A stretch of DNA of 64,000 nt from a virus, in the IMG/VR virus record IMGVR_UViG_3300050821_003884, positions 16,898-80,897 of that record. One strand, written 5' to 3'. A program made the position numbers and the translations under genes. Positions 9,256 through 19,241 of this stretch are shown here, in pieces. Positions within the stretch are counted from its first letter, which is position 1; each line of letters begins with the position of its first letter. A model generated the notes under the pieces. The model had not been told where the DNA came from, searched no databases, and saw only the letters and a program-made list of their open reading frames with translations.

Positions 9256-10521
9256 TCACTGGCCAAGCCCTCGCGTGTACGGCTCGATCCAGATACGTTT
9301 CTTCTGTTGCAGTTTGCGCTCGCCGAATGGCTGCTCGCGATAGAATCCCCGCACCCAGTGGAAGCGGGGCGACGCGTGGTGGCCGCCCTGATACTCGCTC
9401 GCCTCCCGGCGTATGCGGTAGTCCTCGCCGATGATGCTCGGGGTCCAGAATTCCTTCGCGGCCTTCTTCTCGCTTGCAGGGAAGTGCTTTAAGCGTGTGC
9501 CCAGCTTCACCATGTCCGGACGGGAAGTCATCAGGAGCAGAGTCCCGAAGATGTAGTGAATTAAATCAACCAGCATCAGGTTGTCATCGTCGGTCATCGC
9601 TGGCTGGTAGAACCATCCCGATTCGTGGCGGTCATCGCTGAACCGGGACACCATCTTATCTGCGTCGGGCAGGCTGATACGCTCCCCAAACGCGTCTAAA
9701 GGCATATTCCAGTGGGTGAGATGTCCGGCCTCGGTGAGCGCCAGCATAGTCAGCGCTCCGTTGACGGAACCATAGGGTCGTCCGGGGATGAGCTTGGAAA
9801 TCAATCTCTCATTTTCCCGGAAGCGGCTATAGGCAATGAATTCTACATTGCCCTCGGTGGGGTGCCGCATGCTCCCCTTCGGCAGCATAAAGATCGCCGC
9901 CTCGAAAGGCAGCGGCATCGCGTACCAGTCGATCTCGCCGGGGGGAGTCGTCTGCCGGATGGCCTCGGCGATGTCTTTCCCCAGCCAGTACATCGGCATC
10001 TGGTAACGGGCAAGCTGGGAGGCTACAAGAAACTCGTATTGTTCGCTGCGCCCTACGGTTCCCTGCATCACCTTCAAGGCGATGGCGGCAAACTGACGCG
10101 CTGGTTCTTTCGGGCTGTAGTAATTTCCGCAGCGCGGCGACTCGGAATAAATTCGCGGATAGCAGATGCGCCACAGTTCGGGATAATTCCTTTCCAGCTC
10201 ATCGTAGGTGTCGCGAATCTCCTGCGCGGTAAACTCCATCTTCGGGATATGCCGCCGGACGGCATAGCGATGGAACTCAGAGAGAGACATATCGCCAGCC
10301 TGATTGAGAAGAACTGGGGAAAGCTTGGCCATCTCCGGGTCTGCCATCATGGCCTTCAGGAGCCGCGCATGGACGGCATCCCAGTTATCAACCTCGATGA
10401 ACCCCTCGCATGTCGCGCAAGCCATCCAGCGCCACACCTGCTGATCCTCGCCGCTGCTGGTGCGGCTCGCTGCGTAGACGACGACTGGATCGGGTCCGGC
10501 GCAGAAGTCGCAGCGAGACAC
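9256..10521 (-). CDS. Hypothetical phage protein, 421 aa
   Basis: N-terminal CDFC/CATC; C-terminal HASPRFHWVRG...WIEP phage motif. Confidence 0.65.
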   Translation of the reverse strand: MSRCDFCAGPDPVVVYAASRTSSGEDQQVWRWMACATCEGFIEVDNWDAVHARLLKAMMADPEMAKLSPVLLNQAGDMSLSEFHRYAVRRHIPKMEFTAQEIRDTYDELERNYPELWRICYPRIYSESPRCGNYYSPKEPARQFAAIALKVMQGTVGRSEQYEFLVASQLARYQMPMYWLGKDIAEAIRQTTPPGEIDWYAMPLPFEAAIFMLPKGSMRHPTEGNVEFIAYSRFRENERLISKLIPGRPYGSVNGALTMLALTEAGHLTHWNMPLDAFGERISLPDADKMVSRFSDDRHESGWFYQPAMTDDDNLMLVDLIHYIFGTLLLMTSRPDMVKLGTRLKHFPASEKKAAKEFWTPSIIGEDYRIRREASEYQGGHHASPRFHWVRGFYREQPFGERKLQQKKRIWIEPYTRGLGQ

Positions 10522-10547
10522 CGCCGTGGGTATATATTTCTCATGGT

Positions 10548-10763
10548 TTAGAGATTGCGCACGAGGACTTCGTTGTCGTAGTCCCGCTTGCGTCGCTGGT
10601 TAACGGCAGCGCTCATGGTTGACTGGTGGAACTTCTCCGCCAGATACCAGCGCAGTTCGATACCATCCCATCCTTCCGGCATGGCAGCGACTTTGCTCAG
10701 CGCCTCACTCTGTACGCTGGCCACAAGCTCACGGATAAACGTCTTTTTCTGTTGTTTCGTCAT
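10548..10763 (-). CDS. Hypothetical protein
   Basis: GGGAGG RBS. Confidence 0.6.
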   Translation of the reverse strand: MTKQQKKTFIRELVASVQSEALSKVAAMPEGWDGIELRWYLAEKFHQSTMSAAVNQRRKRDYDNEVLVRNL

Positions 10764-10820
10764 TTAAATTTCCTCCCGGTTTGTGTCCGCCGCTTCTTAC
10801 ATGGGAAGCGGCGGTTAGTT

Positions 10821-11471
10821 TTACTGCTTTACGGTCCCGGTAGCTGAGTCAATCGCTGCCGGAGCAGCAGCAGCGGTTGCGCCGCCGCAGAGTTGGGCCT
10901 CAACTTCCGGCTTCAGCTTTCTGGCACCGCAGAGGGAAGCGCTTGCTTGCTGCGTGTTGCTGCCATCGCCGCTGATGAACGGCGTGAAGTCTCCAATCGT
11001 CGCATATTCGTGATCGGTGCTGTCCGGATCAGGGAAGTAGAACGTGCAGCGAACGGTTTCGTGCGGATGTTTCTTGCTCGGGCTGGCGCAGTCCGATGCA
11101 AACAGAACTTTCGTGCCAGACTGGACACCATCCAAAAACCACTTGTTGTGAATCGTCTTAGCGTCGTAGGGACGCTCCGCCATGCCAGCCGCCAGCGCAA
11201 GGGCGAACGTTCTTCCCTTGTTGACGGGAGCTTCCACCCGGTAATTCCCGGCGTCGGTATACAGCAGGTGTATCCCTTGTCCTCCGTCGTCCAGCTTGGC
11301 GTCCGTCTGCGTCTTGCCCAGAGTTACGTCAGAACCGGTTGTGATGCGAAAGCTTTTATCAAGCGTGCCCATCTGGTACTGAGCAGCATGCCTATACGTC
11401 TTGGTGTCCTTGGCAAAACTAAATGTGGTCGAGAGCGCCACGGCAAAAATGCTACAAATTACTTTCTTCAC
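10821..11471 (-). CDS. Secreted protein with signal peptide
   Basis: MKKVICSIFAVALSTTFSFA-K. Confidence 0.65.
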   Translation of the reverse strand: MKKVICSIFAVALSTTFSFAKDTKTYRHAAQYQMGTLDKSFRITTGSDVTLGKTQTDAKLDDGGQGIHLLYTDAGNYRVEAPVNKGRTFALALAAGMAERPYDAKTIHNKWFLDGVQSGTKVLFASDCASPSKKHPHETVRCTFYFPDPDSTDHEYATIGDFTPFISGDGSNTQQASASLCGARKLKPEVEAQLCGGATAAAAPAAIDSATGTVKQ

Positions 11472-11524
11472 TTACTTCTCCTGTAATTTTATTTACTGCA
11501 ACTCCGCAGTCGGTTAGGGGGGGG

Positions 11525-11737
11525 TTAAGTAATCTCTACAAGGGTGAGCCGCTTGTCGCCCTCGTCCGCAGGAATCTCGGGGTAGTATTCGACAAACAGG
11601 GAACCGCACTCCCATTCATTGAACAACTCCTGCTTGATCTCGCGAATCCGGTAGTGGCCGTCGCTGGTCGCCTTCACAACCTCCATTTCCGGCGGCATCT
11701 TTGCCAATGCCTCGATAAGTTCTTTTACGGTCATCAC
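11525..11737 (-). CDS. Hypothetical protein
   Basis: MTVKELIEALAKMPPEMEV phage-type start. Confidence 0.6.
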   Translation of the reverse strand: MMTVKELIEALAKMPPEMEVVKATSDGHYRIREIKQELFNEWECGSLFVEYYPEIPADEGDKRLTLVEIT

Positions 11738-11937
11738 GCCTCCTCAAACTCTGCCTTGCGGCTCAGGAATCCCGGCTCATGGGTGCTGTTGTACTGGTGG
11801 CAAATCTCCCGCGCATCGGCGTAGGTGACGTGCTTGCGCAGGTAAGTCTTAGGCCCCGCTCCCGGCTCCCGGCCACCCGGCCAGTCTTTATTTCGCTTCC
11901 ACCAGTTGCGTACAAATACGTTGTAGTAAGTTTCCAT
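11734..11937 (-). CDS. Hypothetical protein
   Basis: RBS motif; coupled. Confidence 0.6.
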   Translation of the reverse strand: METYYNVFVRNWWKRNKDWPGGREPGAGPKTYLRKHVTYADAREICHQYNSTHEPGFLSRKAEFEEA

Positions 11938-11973
11938 TCGATTGAATCCCTCCCGGTTCGTTTTAAATTTTGT

Positions 11974-12255
11974 TTACTCTCCCGATTCCGCTGCCGCTTG
12001 CCAGACAGTTGTTCCGGCTTGCTCAGCCCAGAACTGGTCTTTACATGGCTCCCACTTCAGGCCGCTCCAGTCGGGCTTCGTCTTGGACACGGTGAAGTAT
12101 TCTTGGCCGACTGCATAGATGGCCAGCTTGCCCGTGTGTCCGTACTGGTAGCGGTAGTCTTTAATGTCTGCCGCATCGAAGCCGATAGTCCCGGCAATGA
12201 TGGCTGCGGCGTTGACGCGAACTTTTTTCGTTGTCGTTACCTTGCTCACTGTCAT
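11974..12255 (-). CDS. Hypothetical protein
   Basis: Coupled ORF. Confidence 0.55.
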   Translation of the reverse strand: MTVSKVTTTKKVRVNAAAIIAGTIGFDAADIKDYRYQYGHTGKLAIYAVGQEYFTVSKTKPDWSGLKWEPCKDQFWAEQAGTTVWQAAAESGE

Positions 12256-12734
12256 CGCACGCCTCCAGCCGTCGCTCTTTCCTGCTCGGCCACGCTAAGC
12301 AGAAGGTCTTCCTCTCTCCACTTCCGTAGTTTCAGCGAATCTTGAATGTCGTTCAGGATTCCCAACTCTTCACGCTCCAGCTTCTGGCTGACCTCGGCGC
12401 TGTTTAGGGTATTTGCCCTCCGCACCGCTACATCGTAGGAGTTCAGCTCCTCCAGCCTCATCATCTTGTCGAACATCATGTCGTCAGCCAGCGACTTCGA
12501 TTGTTTTTTCGCCGCGTCCCGCCACTCGTCTACAGCACGCCAGTCCATATCGAAGGGATACGAACTCGCAATCATCTGCGTTGCTACCTGCCGGAACCCC
12601 GGACTCAGCGTGAACATTCTGTAGATCACCTTGCCCCCGCTCCACAGAAGAAGCCCAACAAACCCTAAAAATATCCTCAGTGCCACGTTCTTTTGTATGC
12701 TTGGCGCAGTCGTTGTCGTTGTCATCTCTCCCAA
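12252..12734 (-). CDS. Membrane-anchored hypothetical protein
   Basis: One hydrophobic helix (IFLGFVGLLLW). Confidence 0.55.
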   Translation of the reverse strand: MGEMTTTTTAPSIQKNVALRIFLGFVGLLLWSGGKVIYRMFTLSPGFRQVATQMIASSYPFDMDWRAVDEWRDAAKKQSKSLADDMMFDKMMRLEELNSYDVAVRRANTLNSAEVSQKLEREELGILNDIQDSLKLRKWREEDLLLSVAEQERATAGGVR

Positions 12735-12841
12735 ACTCCTTTTCCTGTAATTGTGAAATTTAAATCTCAGTGGCCGCGCTACCGGGAGGTGAACGCGGCC
12801 ACTCTCGCACCCAGCTATACTCCTCGCTGTAAGTGCGAAAC

Positions 12842-13105
12842 TTAAACCTCGTCGCCGAAGTTCGGACCCCAGCCGCCGTAGCAGGCGTCAGAGTGGTATC
12901 CGGTTCCTATGCATCCGGGGCAATCTGGCGTTGGGGCTTCCACTGCCCACCATCTTGCGCATCCGCACTTCTCGCCATTCGCCATAACCACGTCGCATGG
13001 GATAGGTGCCCCTTTCGGGGGATTAGGCTTGCCGTCCGCATTGAGCGGGGAAGTAGCCAGCGTGTGGTGGGTACACCAGTCGTGCCCACAGTATTTGCAT
13101 CTCAT
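12842..13105 (-). CDS. Cys/His-rich small protein
   Basis: MRCKYCGH...; GGGAGGG RBS. Confidence 0.5.
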   Translation of the reverse strand: MRCKYCGHDWCTHHTLATSPLNADGKPNPPKGAPIPCDVVMANGEKCGCARWWAVEAPTPDCPGCIGTGYHSDACYGGWGPNFGDEV

Positions 13106-13157
13106 AATCGAACCCTCCCGGTTTCTTCTGTAAATCGTTTTAGGTGTGAACCTGCTG

Positions 13158-13496
13158 TTAGAAACCAGCGCGTTTTTTAATTGTTTCCCAGCCGTTGTCG
13201 AGTGTCTGCACTTCGTGGCCATCAGGGAAGACGGCGTCGGACTTAATAAGTCCTGTCAAGCCGTAGCCCAGATACTTCTTGGCCGAAGCCCACCTGCCAA
13301 ACGGTCTGACAATCATGTCCCCCACGATCAATTCGTGCGCGTAGCCCTCAGTGACAAGCCGGGTTGGCGTTGAGATGAGCGCCGCCGCCAGAGTGAGGCT
13401 GTGGCCTCGCTCGATTCCCATGTCCTGCATGAGGAGCTGAACCGGGGTGTGTAGAGCATGAATCCCAAACATTGCCTTGATGTAAACGTCGTCCAT
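13158..13496 (-). CDS. Hypothetical protein
   Basis: RBS motif. Confidence 0.55.
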   Translation of the reverse strand: MDDVYIKAMFGIHALHTPVQLLMQDMGIERGHSLTLAAALISTPTRLVTEGYAHELIVGDMIVRPFGRWASAKKYLGYGLTGLIKSDAVFPDGHEVQTLDNGWETIKKRAGF

Positions 13497-13529
13497 CGGA
13501 ACCCTCCCGGTTCTTTCTATAAAAGCTGT

Positions 13530-13901
13530 TTACGTGTGAGTGTAGCCGTCCGGCTCGATGCCCACGAACATACCGCACCATTTGATCCCGGCGAAGCGGT
13601 CGGAGCCGATGCCGCACTCCTGTATCCGGGTGAAGAACTCCCGGCGATCCTTTGAGCCGTCATGGCTGCGACGGTAGAGCTTGTTGATGGCCTCGACCTG
13701 TGCCGGGGTCATCCAGCCGGGGATAACAACGTGCCCCTCGCCCTCGGCCAGACGCTTGTCGCGATCCTCTGAACCTGCGACGTAGCCGTCGAAGTACGCC
13801 TCGCGGTTGAAGACTCCCCGCGTGTTCGGCTGCTCGGAGTCGGAGCCGTGGCGGTATCCCGTGGAATAGTCGCTGTTCGTGTTTGTCTCTTCTGTGCTCA
13901 T
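13530..13901 (-). CDS. Hypothetical protein
   Basis: C-terminal WCGMFVGIEPDGYTHT phage motif. Confidence 0.6.
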   Translation of the reverse strand: MSTEETNTNSDYSTGYRHGSDSEQPNTRGVFNREAYFDGYVAGSEDRDKRLAEGEGHVVIPGWMTPAQVEAINKLYRRSHDGSKDRREFFTRIQECGIGSDRFAGIKWCGMFVGIEPDGYTHT

Positions 13902-14539
13902 GGCTGCTCCTGTAAATCGGTTTCGTCGTCATCCTGCGATGCGTGGCTATCCCGGATGTCTCCAGCGGCCAGCCAGAGGATGCGGGTAAGGTTCTGGTTG
14001 TGGTCGGATAGTTCCTCTGCGTCCCACGTCCCATAGTCCTCCAATTCCCGGCGTAGCGCTTCCGGCTTGATCTTCGCCAACTGCTCGGCAATAACCGGGT
14101 CGGCTTGCAGGGCTTGCACGTCGGCTTCGCAGTCTCCGGCATGGGAAGCGGACTCGGCCTGTTCCAGTGTCATCTCGAACTCAACGCCATAGTTGCCGCT
14201 GAACCAATATTTCTTTTCGCTGGTATCCTCGGCATACGCAAACGTCGCCAGAGGGTAATCCTGCGCTACCTGCCGCTGCGCGTCCTGAAACGATGCGGCT
14301 CGCTTGTAAATGTCGATCTGGTTGTCTACGCCATCCGGACAGTAGGCGCGGTAAATGTGTTCGCCTTTGGTTGCTCCCCAGTAGGCTCCGCCGTCGTCGT
14401 AATCGCCGTCTACCCACCTGAGGCGAATCAGCAGGAAGGCTACGGGCCGGGACTTGGAGCCGTCGTCGTGTACGTCGCTGCGGCCCATGCTTGCACCGTA
14501 CCGTGAATACGCTTTCGTTAACGCTGGAACCTGTGCCAT
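13898..14539 (-). CDS. Hypothetical phage protein
   Basis: SRYGASMGR, DGDYDDGGAYWG motifs. Confidence 0.6.
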   Translation of the reverse strand: MAQVPALTKAYSRYGASMGRSDVHDDGSKSRPVAFLLIRLRWVDGDYDDGGAYWGATKGEHIYRAYCPDGVDNQIDIYKRAASFQDAQRQVAQDYPLATFAYAEDTSEKKYWFSGNYGVEFEMTLEQAESASHAGDCEADVQALQADPVIAEQLAKIKPEALRRELEDYGTWDAEELSDHNQNLTRILWLAAGDIRDSHASQDDDETDLQEQP

Positions 14540-14617
14540 TTTAAAATTATTCCTCACTGGTAAATCTGTTTTTGGGTGTGGTCGCGGCTTGCTTGGCTGC
14601 GACCACTTGGAAGGGAA

Positions 14618-15505
14618 CTACGCTGTCTTACGCTTGGGTACGAGCGTACGGTACGCCTTGTGCGCGGAGATGAGCTTCTTCTCTGCCGCGTCCGTGGCAT
14701 CTTCCAGCCAGTGATCCACTGCGTGAGCCAGAGCCTCGGCTGCTTCATAGACGGAGCTGGTCACCTTGGGTGCTGGCGCTGGCTTCGCTGTTCCGTGGGC
14801 CTTCGCGTCCTTCGTCTTACCCTTGGCGGCGATCACGTTGCTGACCTTGACGCGGGTCTTGCCCTTCAACGTGTTCTTGGTTTCCGCGATGACCTCCTTC
14901 TGCTTGTCCTTGCTCAGCTTGGTAAGCTGGACGGCAGCGGTGATCTTCACCTTCCCGTCACGAACGGCTTGTGCGGCTTCAGGAGCCAATTCCACCAGTG
15001 CGGCACGGTCTTTCACCCACTTCACCGCAGTCGCCTTCTCTTCGGGCTTCTTCGCCTCAGGAAAATAGATTTCAGCAATCTCTTCCAGAGACTTCTTGAA
15101 GCGCTTCTGCCAGATGCCGATGTTGTGTGTGTCGTCCATCGGCGTGGTGTCCTTGCGGAAACGGTTCTCGGCAATGGCTGCGGCGAAGGCTTCTTCGTCG
15201 GTCAGCGTCTCGTAGGTCGCCTCAAGCTTGATGAGCGGCTCGCCCTTCTTGGCTAGGCGGCTGTTCAGCAGCTTGACGGCACGCCAGCGGCGGTGGCCGT
15301 AGACGAGCACGGGTTGACCAGCGTCATTCTTGCGCACCAGTACGGGTGTGCGCTGGCCGTTCTTTTCAATATCTGCGGCCAAGTCATCGACATCGGTGTT
15401 CTCGATGCGCCCGTTAAGCTGCGGATCGAGCAGGATGTTCTCAGGGTAATCAGCGACCAGAGTGCTGGTGCGCTTCGTTGTTTCGTTTGCGAATACTACA
15501 GCCAT
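14618..15505 (-). CDS. ParB/Srx N-terminal domain protein
   Basis: LAADIEKNGQRTPVLVR...GHRRWRA...AENRFR. Confidence 0.8.
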   Translation of the reverse strand: MAVVFANETTKRTSTLVADYPENILLDPQLNGRIENTDVDDLAADIEKNGQRTPVLVRKNDAGQPVLVYGHRRWRAVKLLNSRLAKKGEPLIKLEATYETLTDEEAFAAAIAENRFRKDTTPMDDTHNIGIWQKRFKKSLEEIAEIYFPEAKKPEEKATAVKWVKDRAALVELAPEAAQAVRDGKVKITAAVQLTKLSKDKQKEVIAETKNTLKGKTRVKVSNVIAAKGKTKDAKAHGTAKPAPAPKVTSSVYEAAEALAHAVDHWLEDATDAAEKKLISAHKAYRTLVPKRKTA

Positions 15506-15616
15506 TTTATTTTCTCCCGGTATTTGGTTTGAGTTAAGGTTCTGGCACCCAATCCTCGTTCGGATGCGGTGTGCCGCGTTCTGTACTGCCGTTCTGTTAT
15601 TGTTAGATTATATACA

Positions 15617-15633
15617 TAGCACCATGGTGTCAA
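15617..15633 (-). promoter_or_regulatory. Sigma70-like promoter with palindromic operator (copy 2)
   Basis: Minus strand TTGACACCATGGTGCTA...TATAATCT. Confidence 0.65.
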
Positions 15634-15789
15634 GCACTATTTTAAATTATTTCTGCCTTACCTATAACACTCTAAAAGAGTTACGTAGGTAACCGTTGAT
15701 CACTGCTAAACGTGTTTAGGTATAAAGCGGGGGAGTCTTGCTCGGGTCAAAGGCGCAGGGTAGGCGCAATTGCTGCTGCCATGTTCTTT

Positions 15790-15987
15790 TTAATTTTCCC
15801 GGCGCACGGCAACCAATTTGCCGCTGGCATCCCGGATGAGATGGCGCGGTCTGACTGGCTGCGGGGGCTTGCGCTCAGGAAGCTGAAAGCGGGGACTCTC
15901 AGGCAGGAAGCGGCATTCGTTGTCGGGGTTGTGGTCTTCGTTGCAGTAGGGGCAACCGGGCAGGATATGGGCTGGCTTGGTTCTCAT
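15790..15987 (-). CDS. Small hypothetical protein
   Basis: CPYC..H...C motif. Confidence 0.4.
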   Translation of the reverse strand: MRTKPAHILPGCPYCNEDHNPDNECRFLPESPRFQLPERKPPQPVRPRHLIRDASGKLVAVRREN

Positions 15988-15991
15988 GGGT

Positions 15992-16225
15992 TTAATTCCC
16001 GCCAGCCAAAATAGCTATTACTAGGCAGGCTGCGACGAAGAGAGTGAAGATGACCCAGTTGCGCCTTGAATCCCTCTGAGCCTTCTTCTGTTCCTCGGTA
16101 AGGACTGGCTTCTCGGGGCGGTGGTAGGTCTTCCGCTCTTCAAGGTAGCTCCCAAAGGCGCATATCAGCCACCAGCATCCCACAGCAAGGGCGACAATAA
16201 AAATAAATGCAATCATTTCGATCAC
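15992..16225 (-). CDS. Small two-TM membrane protein
   Basis: Two hydrophobic segments; start motif upstream. Confidence 0.6.
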   Translation of the reverse strand: MIEMIAFIFIVALAVGCWWLICAFGSYLEERKTYHRPEKPVLTEEQKKAQRDSRRNWVIFTLFVAACLVIAILAGGN

Positions 16226-16241
16226 TCCTGTAAATCTGTTT

Positions 16242-16451
16242 CTACCTGTTGCAGGGCACCCAGAACGAATGGGTGTCCGTACTCTTGGTTTTCTGGTTGT
16301 AGTGCGTGTGCTGGTAGTTGCACTCCTCGCCGCCGTCCGTCATCCTGCTCCCGGTGAAGTAAGCCGTCTCGCCATCCGTGGGGCAGGATGCGGTCAGGTC
16401 GTAGACGGCCATGCCCAGCAGGGCCAAAGCAATTAAAAGTGTACGCTTCAA
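16242..16451 (-). CDS. Small secreted Cys protein
   Basis: MKRTLLIALALLG signal-like N-terminus. Confidence 0.55.
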   Translation of the reverse strand: MKRTLLIALALLGMAVYDLTASCPTDGETAYFTGSRMTDGGEECNYQHTHYNQKTKSTDTHSFWVPCNR

Positions 16452-16912
16452 GCGGTTACCTCTCTTTGCTCTGCGGCAAGGTAATCAAGCAGCGGCACCT
16501 GTGACTCAGGCTTCAGGATGACGGCCTCTTGTGTGCTGTAGTCGAAGACGAAATACGCGCCCTCGCCAGCCTTGGCGACTGCGGCCCGGATGCGGCGCGA
16601 AGCCCCGTCCGTGCATTTAATTTGCAGCCCCTGACTGCCCGTGCGCAGGGCAACGTGGAAGCGCTTCACCTCAACGTCTTTCGAGATGAGCACCTCGTCA
16701 GGGTCGGTGATGATGCACTCAGGCTTGCTGCCTACCCACCATGTTGGCTTTGGGCTAGGCTCGCCCTCAGACGTGTTTACAGGCGTGGTCAGGCTCTGAC
16801 CAGCGCGGCTGAAGTCGATGGCCGTCCAGATAGCGATGCCGCCTCTGTCCCGGAGCCAGCCAGCAATCTTCTCGGCATTGTCCGGTGTCGTGATGTACGG
16901 TTTTAAATTCAT
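16448..16912 (-). CDS. Hypothetical protein
   Basis: Start motif upstream. Confidence 0.65.
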   Translation of the reverse strand: MNLKPYITTPDNAEKIAGWLRDRGGIAIWTAIDFSRAGQSLTTPVNTSEGEPSPKPTWWVGSKPECIITDPDEVLISKDVEVKRFHVALRTGSQGLQIKCTDGASRRIRAAVAKAGEGAYFVFDYSTQEAVILKPESQVPLLDYLAAEQREVTA

Positions 16913-16951
16913 GCTTACCCTCCCGGTAAAGCGGTTTACAGGTGTTCAGGG

Positions 16952-17497
16952 TTACGAGCGCCAGTCGGTGACGCGGGTCGCGTAGAGCCGGTCGAACTCG
17001 GCGCGATCTTCGGCAGTCAACTCTTTCCGGTACTCGGCTAGGTTTCTGTCAAGGTCGTCGGCGCTGCCGATGAATGCTCCGCCGCCGTCTGAAGCCGTAG
17101 AGCCAGCGGTGACATAGCCGTCTGACGTGATGGACAGGCTGTAGAGCCGTCCGCCGCGCCCGTCACGTGCGCCATAGTCGTGACCGATAATCGCGCCCAC
17201 GATGGCTACCAGCTTGGGGCTGAAGTTAAAGTGGCTGGGGTCGATGCGCTCTGCGAACTCGTCCACCTTCGGCGCTTCTGTCGCTGCGACCTTTTCGGCA
17301 ATCACGACGGATGTGCGAACGCCCGTCTGGTACTTCTTGCCGTCAGGTGCCTTGTACGATCTGGATGTGACTTTGGTCATAGTCTGGTCGCTGCTGGGGA
17401 ACTTAAACTCCTGTCCCACGGTCAGGTACTTGAAGATTGAATTGCCTTGGCCTTGTGTCAGTGCTGCTAAATCTCGAAACTCTGTGTCGTTGCTCAT
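16952..17497 (-). CDS. Hypothetical protein
   Basis: Start motif upstream. Confidence 0.65.
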   Translation of the reverse strand: MSNDTEFRDLAALTQGQGNSIFKYLTVGQEFKFPSSDQTMTKVTSRSYKAPDGKKYQTGVRTSVVIAEKVAATEAPKVDEFAERIDPSHFNFSPKLVAIVGAIIGHDYGARDGRGGRLYSLSITSDGYVTAGSTASDGGGAFIGSADDLDRNLAEYRKELTAEDRAEFDRLYATRVTDWRS

Positions 17498-17542
17498 AGT
17501 CCCTCCCGGTGACTTGCTGTAAAGATGTTTTAGCGTATGTGG

Positions 17543-17770
17543 CTATGCTTGTTCCGGTGCCTCGGCCTTCACTGCCACCAGCCCAGCCGTGGATGACCAT
17601 GTGTAGTTGACTGGCTCGTCGGACTCGACTACCTGATACGCCTCGGCCAGCGTCCACGCCGCAATCTTGTTGCGGCCATAGGCTTCTGCCTCTTCGCGGG
17701 TCGCCAGTGCGACGCCGTTCAGGTAAAACTTGGGGTCGTCGTAGGTTTTAATTTCTGCTTTGAAGCTCAT
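17543..17770 (-). CDS. Hypothetical protein
   Basis: NG..LATREEAEAY...VESDEPVNY phage motif. Confidence 0.6.
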   Translation of the reverse strand: MSFKAEIKTYDDPKFYLNGVALATREEAEAYGRNKIAAWTLAEAYQVVESDEPVNYTWSSTAGLVAVKAEAPEQA

Positions 17771-17809
17771 GCGCTTTCCCTCCCGGTGAAAGACTTGTGT
17801 AAAGCGGTT

Positions 17810-18280
17810 TTAGCGTGACATGTGGCGGCGGCGTATCTCGGTTGCGTTCGCCGGGATGCGCTTTCGCACGTCCAAGTGATAGTGATAGGGTGCGGACTCA
17901 AGCTCTCGCTTCAGGTCTGCGTACTCTTCAGGCTTCGCCAGCTTGGTACGGTAGATGATGTCTAGGTTCGCTGCGCCATGCTGCCCGATGTGCTGATAGC
18001 TGTCGCAGTCGTACTCGCTGGTGCCGGGGTCGCAGGGGAACAAGGCGATTACATCGCCACCCTCGGACTTCGGCCACTTGCGAAAGATCACTGGCGTTTT
18101 GCACATCGCGAACCAGTGGCCAGTCGGCCCGATGACTACGGTGTGATTCGCCTCATCCTGTTGGCACTCGCCGCAGTAGTTAAACTCAAACGTTTGCCGT
18201 AAAAACTCTTTTACGGTGATGCCGCTCGCGTCTTTCTTCGGCGGCACAGGTGCGAATCGGTTGCCAGCGGCTTGTGTCAT
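17810..18280 (-). CDS. Conserved phage protein
   Basis: VIFRK...DVIALFP...SYQHIGQH motif. Confidence 0.65.
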   Translation of the reverse strand: MTQAAGNRFAPVPPKKDASGITVKEFLRQTFEFNYCGECQQDEANHTVVIGPTGHWFAMCKTPVIFRKWPKSEGGDVIALFPCDPGTSEYDCDSYQHIGQHGAANLDIIYRTKLAKPEEYADLKRELESAPYHYHLDVRKRIPANATEIRRRHMSR

Positions 18281-18459
18281 TGCGCGGCCTCCGTTTTCGC
18301 CTTGCAGCCTTCGCAGTAGTACGCGTTGGCGCTGAATGGCCTTGCCGTAACGTCGGCATAGACGGCTTCACGATCATCCTGCAATGCCTTGCCGCACCCA
18401 GCGCAGCGGTACTGTAATGTTGCCGCGTGGTTCTTGTTTACTTTCACGAACTTGTGCAT
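18277..18459 (-). CDS. Small zinc-finger protein
   Basis: CAGC...CEGC; RBS motif. Confidence 0.5.
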   Translation of the reverse strand: MHKFVKVNKNHAATLQYRCAGCGKALQDDREAVYADVTARPFSANAYYCEGCKAKTEAAQ

Positions 18460-18503
18460 TTACCCCTCCCGGTAAAACGCGTACTGTCCTCATCCTACAT
18501 AGG

Positions 18504-18520
18504 TGACACCATGGTGTCAA
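18504..18520 (-). promoter_or_regulatory. Sigma70-like promoter with perfect palindrome TGACACCATGGTGTCA (copy 3)
   Basis: TTGACA-N17-TAGGAT on the minus strand. Confidence 0.65.
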
Positions 18521-18565
18521 GTATGCGCAGGTTTCAGGGTGATGGTGGGGCCGTAGCCCCACGGG

Positions 18566-18889
18566 TTAGCTTCGGCTAAGGTAGGGAGTGGCTGGCCCTT
18601 CCATGAGCACCTGAAGGACCGTCTGCCCGTCAAGGGTCGTGAATGACCAGTGGGGCTTCGGCAGGTAGACGTGGAACCGCGCTACCCAGTCCTTTGTTTT
18701 GCTGCCCTCGCTCTGTACGTGCGCAAGGCGCTCCTCAAAGTCCTCGCGCTCTTCCTCGGGCAGGGTATAGCGCAGCGCCTCGATAGCTTGCTCCAGCGCT
18801 TTGGGGTCGTGCTGCTTCAGGTGGGTGTGGATGTGCGGGGTCAGTATCAGCACCTGTAATGCGTTGCCTGTTCTGGTTCCTTTTATCAT
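18566..18889 (-). CDS. Hypothetical protein
   Basis: Start motif upstream. Confidence 0.55.
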   Translation of the reverse strand: MIKGTRTGNALQVLILTPHIHTHLKQHDPKALEQAIEALRYTLPEEEREDFEERLAHVQSEGSKTKDWVARFHVYLPKPHWSFTTLDGQTVLQVLMEGPATPYLSRS

Positions 18890-18938
18890 TTAGCTCTCTC
18901 CTGTAAATAAGTTCTGGTGAGTGGTTGCGGTTTAGCTG

Positions 18939-19202
18939 CTACCTGCCCTCTTGGGTTGCTATCACTTTCTGCGCGTTGTGGATGCCAGCGGTTAACTTCT
19001 GGATCAGCTTCTCAGCCTCAAAGACAGTCATGCGGACATTCAACTGTAGGGGATTGTCGGTGTCGTGCCTCTGAAGGATCAGCACCAGCAGGGGTGTGCC
19101 TTCCGGCGTGGTGACGTTCAAAAGCTCCGGGTCAATGTTCGCCATGTTGGACGGGTAATGAGACTGCCCGTGTGACGTTGCAAATCTTCTGCTTACTTTC
19201 AT
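18939..19202 (-). CDS. Hypothetical protein
   Basis: Start motif upstream. Confidence 0.55.
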   Translation of the reverse strand: MKVSRRFATSHGQSHYPSNMANIDPELLNVTTPEGTPLLVLILQRHDTDNPLQLNVRMTVFEAEKLIQKLTAGIHNAQKVIATQEGR

Positions 19203-19241
19203 TGCTTCTCCTGTAAATCGGTTTCCGTGTGTTGATCTTGC